Assembly: GCA_902612825.1 (NCBI GenBank)
Contig: CACMET010000003.1
Coordinates: forward strand, 50,536 to 114,535
DNA length: 64,000 nucleotides
Direction of reading: 5' to 3'
From: an uncultured Alphaproteobacteria bacterium
Lineage (GTDB): Bacteria; Pseudomonadota; Alphaproteobacteria; HIMB59; GCA-002718135
Both the position numbers and the translations under genes were made by a program. Positions 38,915 through 48,737 of the stretch are shown here, piece after piece. Below the pieces are notes generated by a model. It was given only the letters and a program-made list of their open reading frames with translations, had not been told where the DNA came from and did not search any database. How positions within the stretch are numbered: the stretch's first letter is position 1; every line of letters starts with the position of its first letter.

Positions 38915-39358
38915 TTAATGTTTGTGGCTATGTGTTCTGCCCATACCATAAGCACCACCTTCAGGTTTAAATTTTTCAAAAACTTTTTTTACATTTCCGT
39001 GTAATTTTAGAACCATATCAAGAATTACAGCATCATCTTGAATAAGAATTCTGTTTTCTTCAATTTGACATGGCAGATGTCTATTTCCTATGTGCCATAT
39101 GATTTGCTTTAAATTTTCACCCGTTATTTCAATTAGATTTTCTTCTTTAGATATAACTTTAATTAATTTTCCATTGTCTAATTCAAAATAATAATTTTCA
39201 TCAACACTGACGGTTTCTTCAAGATTAACTAAAAATTCAGTACCATTATTTGCTATAAGTTTTTTTCTACGAATGAATCTTTCTTCATAAGATAGTGAAA
39301 TTTCATCAAATACTTCTTTATCATTTTTGTGATGAATAATTTTGAATGAAGTATCCAT
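38915..39358 (-). CDS. ureE: Urease accessory protein UreE
   Basis: 147 aa with IGNRHLP and a His-rich tail THSHKH. Confidence 0.85.
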   Translation of the reverse strand: MDTSFKIIHHKNDKEVFDEISLSYEERFIRRKKLIANNGTEFLVNLEETVSVDENYYFELDNGKLIKVISKEENLIEITGENLKQIIWHIGNRHLPCQIEENRILIQDDAVILDMVLKLHGNVKKVFEKFKPEGGAYGMGRTHSHKH

Positions 39359-39359
39359 T

Positions 39360-41066
39360 TTAGTACATAAAATAACGTTGAGCTAAAGGTAGTGTTTCAG
39401 CTGGCTCACAAGTAATTAATTCACCATCTGCTAAAACTTCGTAAGTTTCTGGATTCACTTCGATTTTTGGACAATAATCATTAAATATCATATCCTTTTT
39501 TGAAATTTTTCTGATATTTTTAACTGGCAATAAAGATTTACTAATTCCAGAATTTTTGAATGAATTTTTATCAAGAGATGCTTTACTTACAAATGTTGTG
39601 GTAGATTTTTCTAATGATTTTCCAAAGGAAGAAAACATTGGTCTTGAGTATACTGGTTGTGGTGTCGGTATAGATGCATTAGGATCACCCATTTGTGCGC
39701 AAGCAATACTTCCACCTTGCAAAACCATTTCAGGTTTAACACCAAAAAAAGCAGTGTCCCAAATAACAATATCAGCACGTTTATTTTTTTCAATACTTCC
39801 AATATATTCGGAAATACCATGGGCAATTGCAGGATTAATTGTATATTTAGCAATATATCTTTTAACTCTTACATTGTCGTTATCACCCTGCTCTTCTTTT
39901 AATTGTCCCCGTTGAACTTTCATTTTATGTGCTGTTTGCCATGTTCTAATAATAACCTCACCAACACGACCCATAGCTTGACTATCAGAAGCAATAATTG
40001 AAAAAGCACCCATGTCATGCAGTATATCTTCTGCAGCAATTGTTTCCTTTCGAATTCGACTTTCAGCAAAAGCAACGTCTTCAGGTATTGATTTATCTAA
40101 GTGATGACAAACCATTAACATATCCAAATGCTCTTCAACTGTATTAACTGTATAGGGCCTAGTTGGATTAGTTGAAGAAGGAATAACATATTCTTCACCA
40201 CAAACTTTTATAATATCAGGTGCATGACCACCACCAGCTCCTTCAGTATGAAAAGCATGAATTGTTCTTCCATTAATTGCTTTAATTGTGCTTTCCACAA
40301 AACCACTTTCATTTAATGTATCTGTGTGAATCATAACTTGGATATCATAGTCATCAGCTACATTTAAACAATTATCTATTGCTGCCGGGGTTGTTCCCCA
40401 ATCTTCATGTAATTTTAGTGAACTTGCACCAGCAATTACTTGTTCTAAAAGTGCTTTAGGCAATGAACTATTTCCTTTACCTGCAAAAGCCAAGTTCATA
40501 GAAAAAGCATCTGCTGATTGTATCATTTTTTCTATATGCCATGGTCCAGGTGTAACTGTAGTTGCCAAAGTGCCATGTGCAGGTCCAGTTCCACCTCCCA
40601 ACATTGTTGTGATACCTGAATGAAGAGCATCGTCAATTTGCTGAGGACAAATAAAATGGATATGACTATCAAATCCGCCAGCTGTTATAATTTTACCTTC
40701 CCCAGCAATTATTTCTGTTCCTGGTCCAATAATAATATTTACATTTGGTTGTGTATCCGGATTACCAGCCTTTCCAATCTCATTAATTAAACCATCTTTA
40801 AGTCCAATATCTGCTTTATAAATTCCATTTACATCTATTATTAAAGCGTTTGTTATGACTGTATCAACAGCACCATCTATACGAGATACTTGAGATTGTC
40901 CCATTCCATCTCGAATGACCTTTCCTCCACCAAATTTTACTTCTTCTCCATATGTTGTTAAATCTTTTTCCACTTCAATAAAAAGTTCAGTGTCAGCAAG
41001 TCTAACTTTATCACCAGTTGTTGGTCCATACATATCGGCATAAGCTTCTCTTTTTATTTTTTTCAT
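39360..41066 (-). CDS. ureC: Urease alpha subunit
   Basis: 568 aa with [17 protein letters not shown] and the carbamylated-Lys context LKLHEDWG. Confidence 0.97.
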   Translation of the reverse strand: MKKIKREAYADMYGPTTGDKVRLADTELFIEVEKDLTTYGEEVKFGGGKVIRDGMGQSQVSRIDGAVDTVITNALIIDVNGIYKADIGLKDGLINEIGKAGNPDTQPNVNIIIGPGTEIIAGEGKIITAGGFDSHIHFICPQQIDDALHSGITTMLGGGTGPAHGTLATTVTPGPWHIEKMIQSADAFSMNLAFAGKGNSSLPKALLEQVIAGASSLKLHEDWGTTPAAIDNCLNVADDYDIQVMIHTDTLNESGFVESTIKAINGRTIHAFHTEGAGGGHAPDIIKVCGEEYVIPSSTNPTRPYTVNTVEEHLDMLMVCHHLDKSIPEDVAFAESRIRKETIAAEDILHDMGAFSIIASDSQAMGRVGEVIIRTWQTAHKMKVQRGQLKEEQGDNDNVRVKRYIAKYTINPAIAHGISEYIGSIEKNKRADIVIWDTAFFGVKPEMVLQGGSIACAQMGDPNASIPTPQPVYSRPMFSSFGKSLEKSTTTFVSKASLDKNSFKNSGISKSLLPVKNIRKISKKDMIFNDYCPKIEVNPETYEVLADGELITCEPAETLPLAQRYFMY

Positions 41067-41374
41067 TACAATTGACCCATAACTTTCTTATTAAAACCAA
41101 ATATCTTTCTATTTCCGGTTATCGGAATTAATTCTATATCTTTTGATTGACCTGGTTCAAATCGAACAGCTGTACCAGATGGTATATCTAAGCGCATACC
41201 ATGTGATTTATCTCTATCAAATTTTAAATATTTATTTGTTTCTGCAAAATGATAATGACTACCAACTTGAATTGGTCGATCTCCACTATTTGAAACTTTT
41301 ATAGTGATTGATTGTCTTTCACCATTCAAATTAATGTCACTATTTTGTTTTGTTATTATCTCACCAGGTTTCAT
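41066..41374 (-). CDS. ureB: Urease beta subunit
   Basis: 102 aa with MKPGEI..., [13 protein letters not shown] and RFEPG. Confidence 0.95.
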   Translation of the reverse strand: MKPGEIITKQNSDINLNGERQSITIKVSNSGDRPIQVGSHYHFAETNKYLKFDRDKSHGMRLDIPSGTAVRFEPGQSKDIELIPITGNRKIFGFNKKVMGQL

Positions 41375-41676
41375 TATCTTATCGGTTTATGTACTGTTAC
41401 TAATTTTGTTCCATCAGGAAATGTTGCTTCTACCTGTACTTCAGGTATCATATCTGGAATACCATCCATGCAATCTTCTTTTTTTACTACGTGAGCCCCT
41501 GTTTCCATTAACTCTGATACCATTTTTCCATCTCTTGCACCTTCTATTACAAAATCTGTTATCAACGCTATAGCTTCTGGATAATTAAGTTTTACACCTC
41601 TTTCTAAACGTTTTCTGGCAACATTAGCTGCCATACTCACCATCAACTTATCTTTTTCTCTTGGTGTTAATTTCAT
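41374..41676 (-). CDS. ureA: Urease gamma subunit
   Basis: 100 aa with [12 protein letters not shown]... and [14 protein letters not shown]. Confidence 0.95.
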   Translation of the reverse strand: MKLTPREKDKLMVSMAANVARKRLERGVKLNYPEAIALITDFVIEGARDGKMVSELMETGAHVVKKEDCMDGIPDMIPEVQVEATFPDGTKLVTVHKPIR

Positions 41677-42471
41677 TTATAGATTCCAACTTTTTGGTAG
41701 TTTATCATTTATTACATTTTTCATAATAAAATTTAGTGTTTTTTTTAAATCATAATTATCATTGGCTAAGCACCTAATTACAATTTTATCATCAAATTTT
41801 GTCATTTCACAATAATGATTTTCTAAGTTTTTTGTAACTTTACTTATTTCAGACTCAAGTTGATGAATAATATCACCAAAAATTAAAACTGTTGCTAAAG
41901 ATGATTGATTATTAAATGTATAATTATTATTAAAATTATCAATCGTTGATCCTTTTATATTAATTGCTTCAAAATGCTTTATGGAAGAATTCGTAAAAAT
42001 TTTCCATTGATCAGAAAAAGAAATATTTTTAATTTTTTCAAACATTGCTTTTCTTCCAAAAATTGTAGTTTCACAAAAAATCAAATTAGAATTATCTGAT
42101 AGATTAACATTTATATTTCTTCTTAATTTTGAATTATCAAATAAAATTAACTCTTTGGGCAACCAATACAAAGTTGAATTATTTAAATTGATATTTATGT
42201 TAACTTTAGCAGGATCACCAATGCCAGCATAAATTTTTTCAGCAGCTTGAGTACAAATACTTAATTGAGAATTATGAATTGTAGCATTAATATCAATACT
42301 ATCATTACAAGTAATTCCACCTGCAGTGTTAATTAAAACTAATTCTTTATTATCATTATAATTTTTTGGATTTAAAATTTTACAACAACCGCTTTGAAAT
42401 AATTTTTTAAAATTATTATCTAGTAATTCGATATTAATTTTCCCATTTGACCTTTGAAGTAATTTATCCAT
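41677..42471 (-). CDS. ureD: Urease accessory protein UreD
   Basis: 264 aa at the first position of the ureDABCEFG array, with a UreD-like pattern. Confidence 0.8.
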   Translation of the reverse strand: MDKLLQRSNGKINIELLDNNFKKLFQSGCCKILNPKNYNDNKELVLINTAGGITCNDSIDINATIHNSQLSICTQAAEKIYAGIGDPAKVNININLNNSTLYWLPKELILFDNSKLRRNINVNLSDNSNLIFCETTIFGRKAMFEKIKNISFSDQWKIFTNSSIKHFEAINIKGSTIDNFNNNYTFNNQSSLATVLIFGDIIHQLESEISKVTKNLENHYCEMTKFDDKIVIRCLANDNYDLKKTLNFIMKNVINDKLPKSWNL

Positions 42472-42521
42472 AATTATTTAATTAAGTATAATCGAAACAA
42501 AATATATGAAAATGAATATTT

Positions 42522-42598
42522 GGCGTGCCCGGCATGATTCGAACATGCGGCCCCCAGATTAGGAATCTGGTGCTCTATCCTACTGAGCTACGAGCACT
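42522..42598 (-). tRNA. tRNA-Arg (anticodon CCU), CCA encoded
   Basis: Reverse complement GUGCUCGUAGCUCAGUAGGAUAGAGCACCAGAUUCCUAAUCUGGGGGCCGCAUGUUCGAAUCAUGCCGGGCACGCCA folds as a 7/4/5/5-bp cloverleaf with anticodon loop UUCCUAA. Confidence 0.9.
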
Positions 42599-42604
42599 CC
42601 TAAT

Positions 42605-42889
42605 TTAATTATTATGATTTAATGTTACTTCACCAGTATTTGTGTCAACAACATCAAAAGTTTTTTCATTATTACTCATTCTTTTAGCTCTAGCTACTGA
42701 AGCACGCTCCATTGCATCATTATCGGCATATAGTGACACCGCCATTACAGTTGTATCACTTAAACGAATTTGTAGTAATTGTTGTGCTTCAGGAAATTCA
42801 ATTGGAGCTTTTGCTGAATAATCTTTAATAGACTGATCAGCATCTTCTTTAGATTTAAAGTTAATTGTCGTTATTCTCGCAACGGTCAT
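42605..42889 (-). CDS. Small alpha+beta protein, unknown function
   Basis: 94 aa with strong SD AAGGAGGAAG. The stop lies 6 nt before the tRNA 5' end. Confidence 0.55.
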   Translation of the reverse strand: MTVARITTINFKSKEDADQSIKDYSAKAPIEFPEAQQLLQIRLSDTTVMAVSLYADNDAMERASVARAKRMSNNEKTFDVVDTNTGEVTLNHNN

Positions 42890-42940
42890 TCTTCCTCCTT
42901 ATAAATTTGACAAAATTAATATAAGAGTTGATACGATATC

Positions 42941-43921
42941 TTAAAAAACATTATTTTTTAATATTAAATTTTCTAATTCAGTAATATTTACAATAATATC
43001 TTTTCTTAATTTTTCCCCTAATTTTTCTGTTTTATTAAAATGAAATAAATTAAATCTGTTACCAAGATTTAATTTTGTAGTAAATTCGCCATCAATATTC
43101 GATCTAATTTCTATTACATTAATTTTATTTGGTACAAATAATAAATTTGTAATAGAAGCACCATGCACTATTATTACATTTTTTGCCTTAGAAAATTTAT
43201 CAATTTGATCATCAACACTTAAATTTGAACAGTCTATCATTTGATAATTATATTTTGATAATAACTTTTCTACCTCCTCCTCATTGATAACTTTTCTATT
43301 AGTAACATTTCCCCTTCTTATGTATAAATTATTTAAAGGTTTTTTATCAATAAATTTCCCAATTACATTATTATAAAAATCATATGCAAATTTTATACTT
43401 GGTCTTGAGGGAATAAATAAATTTTCAAATTTATATAATTGATTAATTCTATTTATTTTAATAAATTTAACATTTTCTAGTTTCATTTGTTTAATGATTT
43501 TTAAAATAAATAATTGAAACTTATCCAAAATATCAGAATTTATTAATATTAAAGTATTATTTAGATTTATTTCTTTTAAACAAATTAATCTTGGAAGATA
43601 ATCCATTAATAAATGCCAATAATTATTTTCACCACCAAGTAAAAAATAGTTTCCTTTTATCTCATTTGTTAGCTGAAGTTTTTTTATTAAATCACTTTGA
43701 CGCTTTAATATATGATCTTGATGGGTAAGATTTGAATATACTCTTTCAAAATCTTTAAAAAGATAAAAATCTTTAGTTATTACTGTCCATAAATAAGAGT
43801 ATAAATAAATATTTTTGATGTTGGTTAGTGATATTTTTGAATCTTTATTATTATTTAAATTTATATCAATTATCTTCAAATTATTTTCTAATTGATAATC
43901 TGAAAAATTTATTTCCTTCAT
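42941..43921 (-). CDS. GT61 / DUF563-like glycosyltransferase
   Basis: 326 aa with NYWHLLMDYLPRL and a C-terminal HGASITNL, typical of DUF563. Confidence 0.6.
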   Translation of the reverse strand: MKEINFSDYQLENNLKIIDINLNNNKDSKISLTNIKNIYLYSYLWTVITKDFYLFKDFERVYSNLTHQDHILKRQSDLIKKLQLTNEIKGNYFLLGGENNYWHLLMDYLPRLICLKEINLNNTLILINSDILDKFQLFILKIIKQMKLENVKFIKINRINQLYKFENLFIPSRPSIKFAYDFYNNVIGKFIDKKPLNNLYIRRGNVTNRKVINEEEVEKLLSKYNYQMIDCSNLSVDDQIDKFSKAKNVIIVHGASITNLLFVPNKINVIEIRSNIDGEFTTKLNLGNRFNLFHFNKTEKLGEKLRKDIIVNITELENLILKNNVF

Positions 43922-44752
43922 TTATTTAACAGCACCCTCTGTTAAACCAGAAACAAAATATTTTCCTATAAAAACAAATAATAAAATTACAGGTAAACTA
44001 GCAAGAACAGCTCCTGACAATAAAAATCCCCAATCAATTTGGTATTGTCCAACAATTCCAGCTAATCCAACAGGTAAGGTTTTTAAATCATCACCACTTA
44101 TTAATATAGAGGCAAAAAGATATTCAGTCCAAGATATAATAAAACAAAAAATTGCGACACTTGCTATACCTGGAGCAGCTAATGGAATAATAATTCTTGA
44201 AATTACAACATATCTTGATGCTCCATCAATATATGCTGCCTCCTCTATCTCATTAGGTATTAGCTTAAAAAAAGCTTTTAACATCCAAACTGCAAATGGA
44301 GTGGCAAATAAAACATTAACAATAATCAATGCAAAGTAGCTATTAAGTAGATTTACTTTCGCAAATAATAAATAAATAGGCACTAATAAAATGACTCCTG
44401 GAAATGCATATGTCACTAGAAGGGAATATTCTACAAATTTATTTCCGTAAAATTTAAGTTTATGTAAACCATAAGCCGCTGATACAGATAAAATGATGGA
44501 AATTATCATAGAGGAAAATGAAACAATTAAACTGTTTTTTAAATATATAAAAAAATCTGAGTTAAATAATATTTTATTATAATGTTCTAAAGTAAAAGAT
44601 CTTGGAATAATAGTTGTAGATGTAGCAATAATTTCTTCAGGACTTTTAAAAGATGATGTAATTATCCAAAAAAAAGGAAAGAAAAAAATAAGTATAATTA
44701 ACAATAAAGATAAGCTTAAAAATATAAATTTGATATTATTTTCTTTAATCAT
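43922..44752 (-). CDS. Carbohydrate ABC transporter permease
   Basis: 276 aa with EAA loop EEAAYIDGASRYVVISRIIIP. Confidence 0.9.
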   Translation of the reverse strand: MIKENNIKFIFLSLSLLLIILIFFFPFFWIITSSFKSPEEIIATSTTIIPRSFTLEHYNKILFNSDFFIYLKNSLIVSFSSMIISIILSVSAAYGLHKLKFYGNKFVEYSLLVTYAFPGVILLVPIYLLFAKVNLLNSYFALIIVNVLFATPFAVWMLKAFFKLIPNEIEEAAYIDGASRYVVISRIIIPLAAPGIASVAIFCFIISWTEYLFASILISGDDLKTLPVGLAGIVGQYQIDWGFLLSGAVLASLPVILLFVFIGKYFVSGLTEGAVK

Positions 44753-45626
44753 TTTCTTTTGGCGCCATAGATTTGATAAATATTATTGAGAATAGTAATA
44801 ATAAAAAACTAGTAACTATTGACAAGGTTGCAGCTTGACTAATTCTAAATTTAGTAAACGCTGTTTCATAAATTAATAATGGTAATGTAGTTGTAGCACT
44901 TGATGGCCCACCTTTTGTAATTAGCCATATAATATCAAATATATTAAATGATAATAACGTCCCAACTAAACCTAAAACAAAAAGGACACTTTTAAGATTT
45001 GGAAATGTGATGAAAAGAAATTGTTGAATAAAATTTGCTCCATCAACTTTAGATGCATCATACATTTCTCGATTTATGGAATTTAATCCAGAAAGAATAA
45101 TTAATGCTAAAAAAGGACTCCAACGCCATGAGTTTATTAGAACTAAACTTATAAAAGCTTTATTAGGAGAACTAAAGAAACCTGTTGCTTCATTTAATAA
45201 TCCAATATCAATTAAAACTGAATTTATAACACCACTACTACTACTCAACATTAATTTCCAAATTACAACAACAACTACTGTTGGGATAATAAATGACAAA
45301 ATAATCCAGTTAGCCATAATTTTTTTACCAGGAAATTTATAATTAATAGTTAAGGCAATAGTGAACGCAAAAAATGTTTGACAGATTGCATTTCCAATTA
45401 TCCAGTAAAAGCTATTTAATGAAGCATTTACAAATTTTGATTTACCAAATAATTTTATGTAGTTATCAATACCTACGAATTTTCCTGATGTACCAATAAT
45501 CTTAACGTTAAATAAGCTTAATTCGAATGCTATGTAAATTGGAACTAAAATAATAAGGGATATCCAAATAACTAATGGAGATACAAACAGCCAGCCTTCA
45601 ATATTATTTTTTTTCACAAAAATCAC
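44745..45626 (-). CDS. Carbohydrate ABC transporter permease
   Basis: 293 aa with YDASKVDGANFIQQFLFITFP; GTG start. Confidence 0.88.
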   Translation of the reverse strand: MIFVKKNNIEGWLFVSPLVIWISLIILVPIYIAFELSLFNVKIIGTSGKFVGIDNYIKLFGKSKFVNASLNSFYWIIGNAICQTFFAFTIALTINYKFPGKKIMANWIILSFIIPTVVVVVIWKLMLSSSSGVINSVLIDIGLLNEATGFFSSPNKAFISLVLINSWRWSPFLALIILSGLNSINREMYDASKVDGANFIQQFLFITFPNLKSVLFVLGLVGTLLSFNIFDIIWLITKGGPSSATTTLPLLIYETAFTKFRISQAATLSIVTSFLLLLFSIIFIKSMAPKEND

Positions 45627-45648
45627 AGCACCTCTAAAAGAGGTGCTG
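45626..45648 (-). promoter_or_regulatory. Intercistronic hairpin after the SBP gene that contains the permease SD
   Basis: The minus strand reads CAGCACCTC-TTTTA-GAGGTGCTG followed by TGATTTTTG. The 3' arm GAGGTG is the only SD-like element before the GTG at 45626. Confidence 0.5.
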
Positions 45649-45661
45649 AAAATGTTATATA

Positions 45662-46933
45662 TTACTCAATAGCTTCAGTCATTATTTCCATACCTTCACT
45701 AACTGCATCTTTTGCACTTTTGTCATCGATTAAAGTTAGTTGAAGAGTTTGAGCTAATAAATTTTGAGCAGATATAGATGATATGCTTGTAAAAGTATTA
45801 CCATTTGTAAAACCAAATAGACTTCCTCTAGTTGAATTATCTAACATTGTTTCTACTTGTGATTTATATTTTACAACAACCGGATCATCCCAATAAGTTG
45901 AATCTTTACTTCCAGCTTCAGTTATTGGTAAAAATAATCCAGGCTCCATGTTAATAAATCTTCCATAGTTTCCAGGTTCCATTAAGAAACTTAAAAACTT
46001 TTTAGATGCTTCCATTTTTGCTTCATCATCTGTCATAATCATTGCAGAATTTACATATGAAACAGTTCCAGCTCTATGAGCTTTACCATTTGCATAAGGG
46101 ATTTGGATAACGCCTAAGTCGCTAGCATCTCCACCAGCTTGCGAGTCATATGTAGAAATAACAGTGAACTGCAATATCATTGCACAGCCTTTACTTGCAA
46201 AACATGCTTCTGCTTCACCCCATGTCCAGTTGGCTGCATCAGGTGCTGAATATTGATATAATTCTTTATAAACATCATATGCTGCTACAGTTTGAGGATT
46301 ATCAAATCTCAAAGTACCATCAGAATTATAAATTTCTTCTGCTCCTGAATTAACCATAAAACTATAGATTGTTTGATCAGTATAAAGTTGTTTATTGCCA
46401 GGAAGGCCTATTCCATAAACACCATCTTTAGTTAGCGCTTTAGCAGCTTTCTTTAAATCAGACCAAGTTTTCGGTGGTTTAATTCCAGCAGCTTCAAAAT
46501 CACTTTTTCTATACCATAATGATAAACCCATATTCCATAAAGGAACAGCCCAAGTATGACCATTATAAGTATATTGATCGAGAGCTTTTTGATAAAAACC
46601 ATATTTTGAATCTAACTCTGCAACAAAATCCTCAACTGGTTGTGCTGCACCCATATCAGCAAGTATAGGTGTAAAATCTGGAATACCAACTAATATTTCT
46701 GGTGCAGTTCCAGCGGCAACTGATGCAGGAGCTTTAGCATAAATTTCACCCCAGTTTTGAACTTCTTGAGTTACATTAATATCTGGATTAGCAGAATTAA
46801 ATTCATCTATTAATGTTTGAATTCTATCTACTCTATGTGGAACACCTTCCATATGCCAAAAAGTAACATTTGTTACAGCATAAGCATTCAAAGAAAATAG
46901 AATTGTAATAAAAAATAATAATATTTTATTCAT
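45662..46933 (-). CDS. Sugar ABC transporter substrate-binding protein (family 1 SBP)
   Basis: 423 aa with signal peptide MNKILLFFITILFSLNAYA. Confidence 0.85.
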   Translation of the reverse strand: MNKILLFFITILFSLNAYAVTNVTFWHMEGVPHRVDRIQTLIDEFNSANPDINVTQEVQNWGEIYAKAPASVAAGTAPEILVGIPDFTPILADMGAAQPVEDFVAELDSKYGFYQKALDQYTYNGHTWAVPLWNMGLSLWYRKSDFEAAGIKPPKTWSDLKKAAKALTKDGVYGIGLPGNKQLYTDQTIYSFMVNSGAEEIYNSDGTLRFDNPQTVAAYDVYKELYQYSAPDAANWTWGEAEACFASKGCAMILQFTVISTYDSQAGGDASDLGVIQIPYANGKAHRAGTVSYVNSAMIMTDDEAKMEASKKFLSFLMEPGNYGRFINMEPGLFLPITEAGSKDSTYWDDPVVVKYKSQVETMLDNSTRGSLFGFTNGNTFTSISSISAQNLLAQTLQLTLIDDKSAKDAVSEGMEIMTEAIE

Positions 46934-47004
46934 TTTTCCTCACTTAATTTATGATTAATATTTTAATATCAATATGCTGATATTATCAACTAAATTAGAG
47001 ACTT

Positions 47005-48492
47005 TCACCAAATATTATTTAATGACTCTCTTAATTTTTTATATTTTTGATATTTATCATTAAGATATTTGGATTGTTTTCTTTGGGGTGTGTAAATATG
47101 ACCAATATTTTGGTGATCATTAATTAAATTTTTTAAATCTTTTTTATGTAAATAACTGTCAATTAAGAATGAAATACCTAATGCACCTAGTTCAGAATTA
47201 GTTAAAATTTTAACTTTAATATTTAAAACATTTGAAATTATTTGAGGTAAAATTTTACTTTTTGATGCACCTCCTGCAAGATAAAGACTGTCTTCATTTT
47301 TAATTTTATTCGCATAACAATCTTTAATAGATAATGCCAAACCTTCATAACAAGCAGTCATTATATCAAAATTATTATGATGTGGTAAAATTCCAAAAAT
47401 TTCAGCTTTAGAATTTAAATTTACAAATGGAGATATAGATCCTCCATAATTTATATAAGGAAGAAATATCAATGAATTTTCTGGATATTTAAAAGTTAAA
47501 TATTTTTTTTCAAAATTATTAATTATTTTTATTTTATCTGAATACTTTTTTGAATTTTTATAAAAATTATCAATAACCCAATCAATATTAGTTGTTCCTG
47601 CAACGTTTATTTTAGTCTCTAACCATGTATTATTTAAAGAAGCAAAAAATAATCCTGAGCCATCTTTAGATATTATTGAATTATTTTTAACTATAATATT
47701 GTGACATGTAGTTCCAACTATACTTATTTTTTTATTATGGTTAATTCCTCCAGCCCCTAAAATAGAAGCTATTACATCACCACATCCTATTATAACTGGA
47801 GTACCAATTTTTAAATTTGTTAATTTTGATGCACTTTTAGTAACGTATCCGCCTAATTCATTTGATTTTTTTATTTCTGGAAATAATTTAAAATATTTAG
47901 TATTTAAATTAAAAATTTTAAAAATTTTTTTTGATAATTTTTTATTTTTTATATCTCCTGGATATACTGAAACTTCCGTTTCATCATTATTTATATTACC
48001 TGTTAATTTAAATCTTAACCAATCTTTACAAGTTAATATATATTTAATTTTTTTTAAATTTTCTTTTTCAAATTTAGTCATCCACTTAAGAATAGGTATA
48101 GTACACCCGTATTGCGCGATAGAGCCTGTAATTTTATAAATTTGATCAAATATTTTTTTATTAGTGAAAACTTTTTGACTTCTTGTGTCATTCCACAAAA
48201 TTGCATTTCTTACTGGTTTATTTGTATTATTAATAGACCAAAATCCGACCATATTTCCAGTTATGCCTAAACCAACAATTGATTGTGACTGAATTTTAGA
48301 TTTTTTTATTAAAAGTTTAATACACTTTGCTGTTAGTAACCAAAATTTTTCCATTTCAATTTCAGATTTACCAAATTTATCAGTTAAGACTGGATTTTTT
48401 ACACTATAAGAATTTATTTGTTTGAAATTTGTATTGAAAATTACAGTCTTTATTACTGAAGTCCCTGCATCAATTGCAATATAATATTTCAA
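47005..48492 (-). CDS. FGGY-family carbohydrate kinase
   Basis: N-terminal YIAIDAGTSVIKTV and C-terminal GGASKS; TTG start. Confidence 0.85.
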   Translation of the reverse strand: MKYYIAIDAGTSVIKTVIFNTNFKQINSYSVKNPVLTDKFGKSEIEMEKFWLLTAKCIKLLIKKSKIQSQSIVGLGITGNMVGFWSINNTNKPVRNAILWNDTRSQKVFTNKKIFDQIYKITGSIAQYGCTIPILKWMTKFEKENLKKIKYILTCKDWLRFKLTGNINNDETEVSVYPGDIKNKKLSKKIFKIFNLNTKYFKLFPEIKKSNELGGYVTKSASKLTNLKIGTPVIIGCGDVIASILGAGGINHNKKISIVGTTCHNIIVKNNSIISKDGSGLFFASLNNTWLETKINVAGTTNIDWVIDNFYKNSKKYSDKIKIINNFEKKYLTFKYPENSLIFLPYINYGGSISPFVNLNSKAEIFGILPHHNNFDIMTACYEGLALSIKDCYANKIKNEDSLYLAGGASKSKILPQIISNVLNIKVKILTNSELGALGISFLIDSYLHKKDLKNLINDHQNIGHIYTPQRKQSKYLNDKYQKYKKLRESLNNIW

Positions 48493-48508
48493 AAGTTATC
48501 TCTTATAT

Positions 48509-48688
48509 TTACAACCATGAGTAACCAACACAAACTAAAGCTATAATCAAAAAAAAATTCATAACTCTTTTTCTATTTTTTATCTGCTGATCATTTAGTT
48601 CTTTACTTCTAGAAAGATAATATAAGTAGCATCCAATTGCAAAAGCTACAAATCCTAATAAATAAGCATACCATTGTAAGTCTGTCAT
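48509..48688 (-). CDS. Small 2-TM membrane protein (59 aa), below the ORF-track cutoff
   Basis: My translation is MTDLQWYAYLLGFVAFAIGCYLYYLSRSKELNDQQIKNRKRVMNFFLIIALVCVGYSWL. It ends 16 nt before the kinase start. Confidence 0.35.
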   Translation of the reverse strand: MTDLQWYAYLLGFVAFAIGCYLYYLSRSKELNDQQIKNRKRVMNFFLIIALVCVGYSWL

Positions 48689-48737
48689 TTATTTAATTTA
48701 TATATTATTATATAAAATTTTATAATTATTTTTAAGA

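Noticed and set aside
38914-38979. Long N-terminal extension of ureF overlapping ureE by 65 nt
   Set aside because: The internal ATG at 38913 lies just after the ureE stop, and the conserved UreF sequence begins there. The extension is probably an ORF-finder artefact.
39556-39915. Three overlapping ORFs (39556..39915 +, 39611..39853 -, 39657..39902 +) inside ureC
   Set aside because: They lie entirely within the well-supported urease alpha subunit gene. Their products are low-complexity and have no motifs, which is typical of shadow ORFs in a less AT-rich coding stretch.
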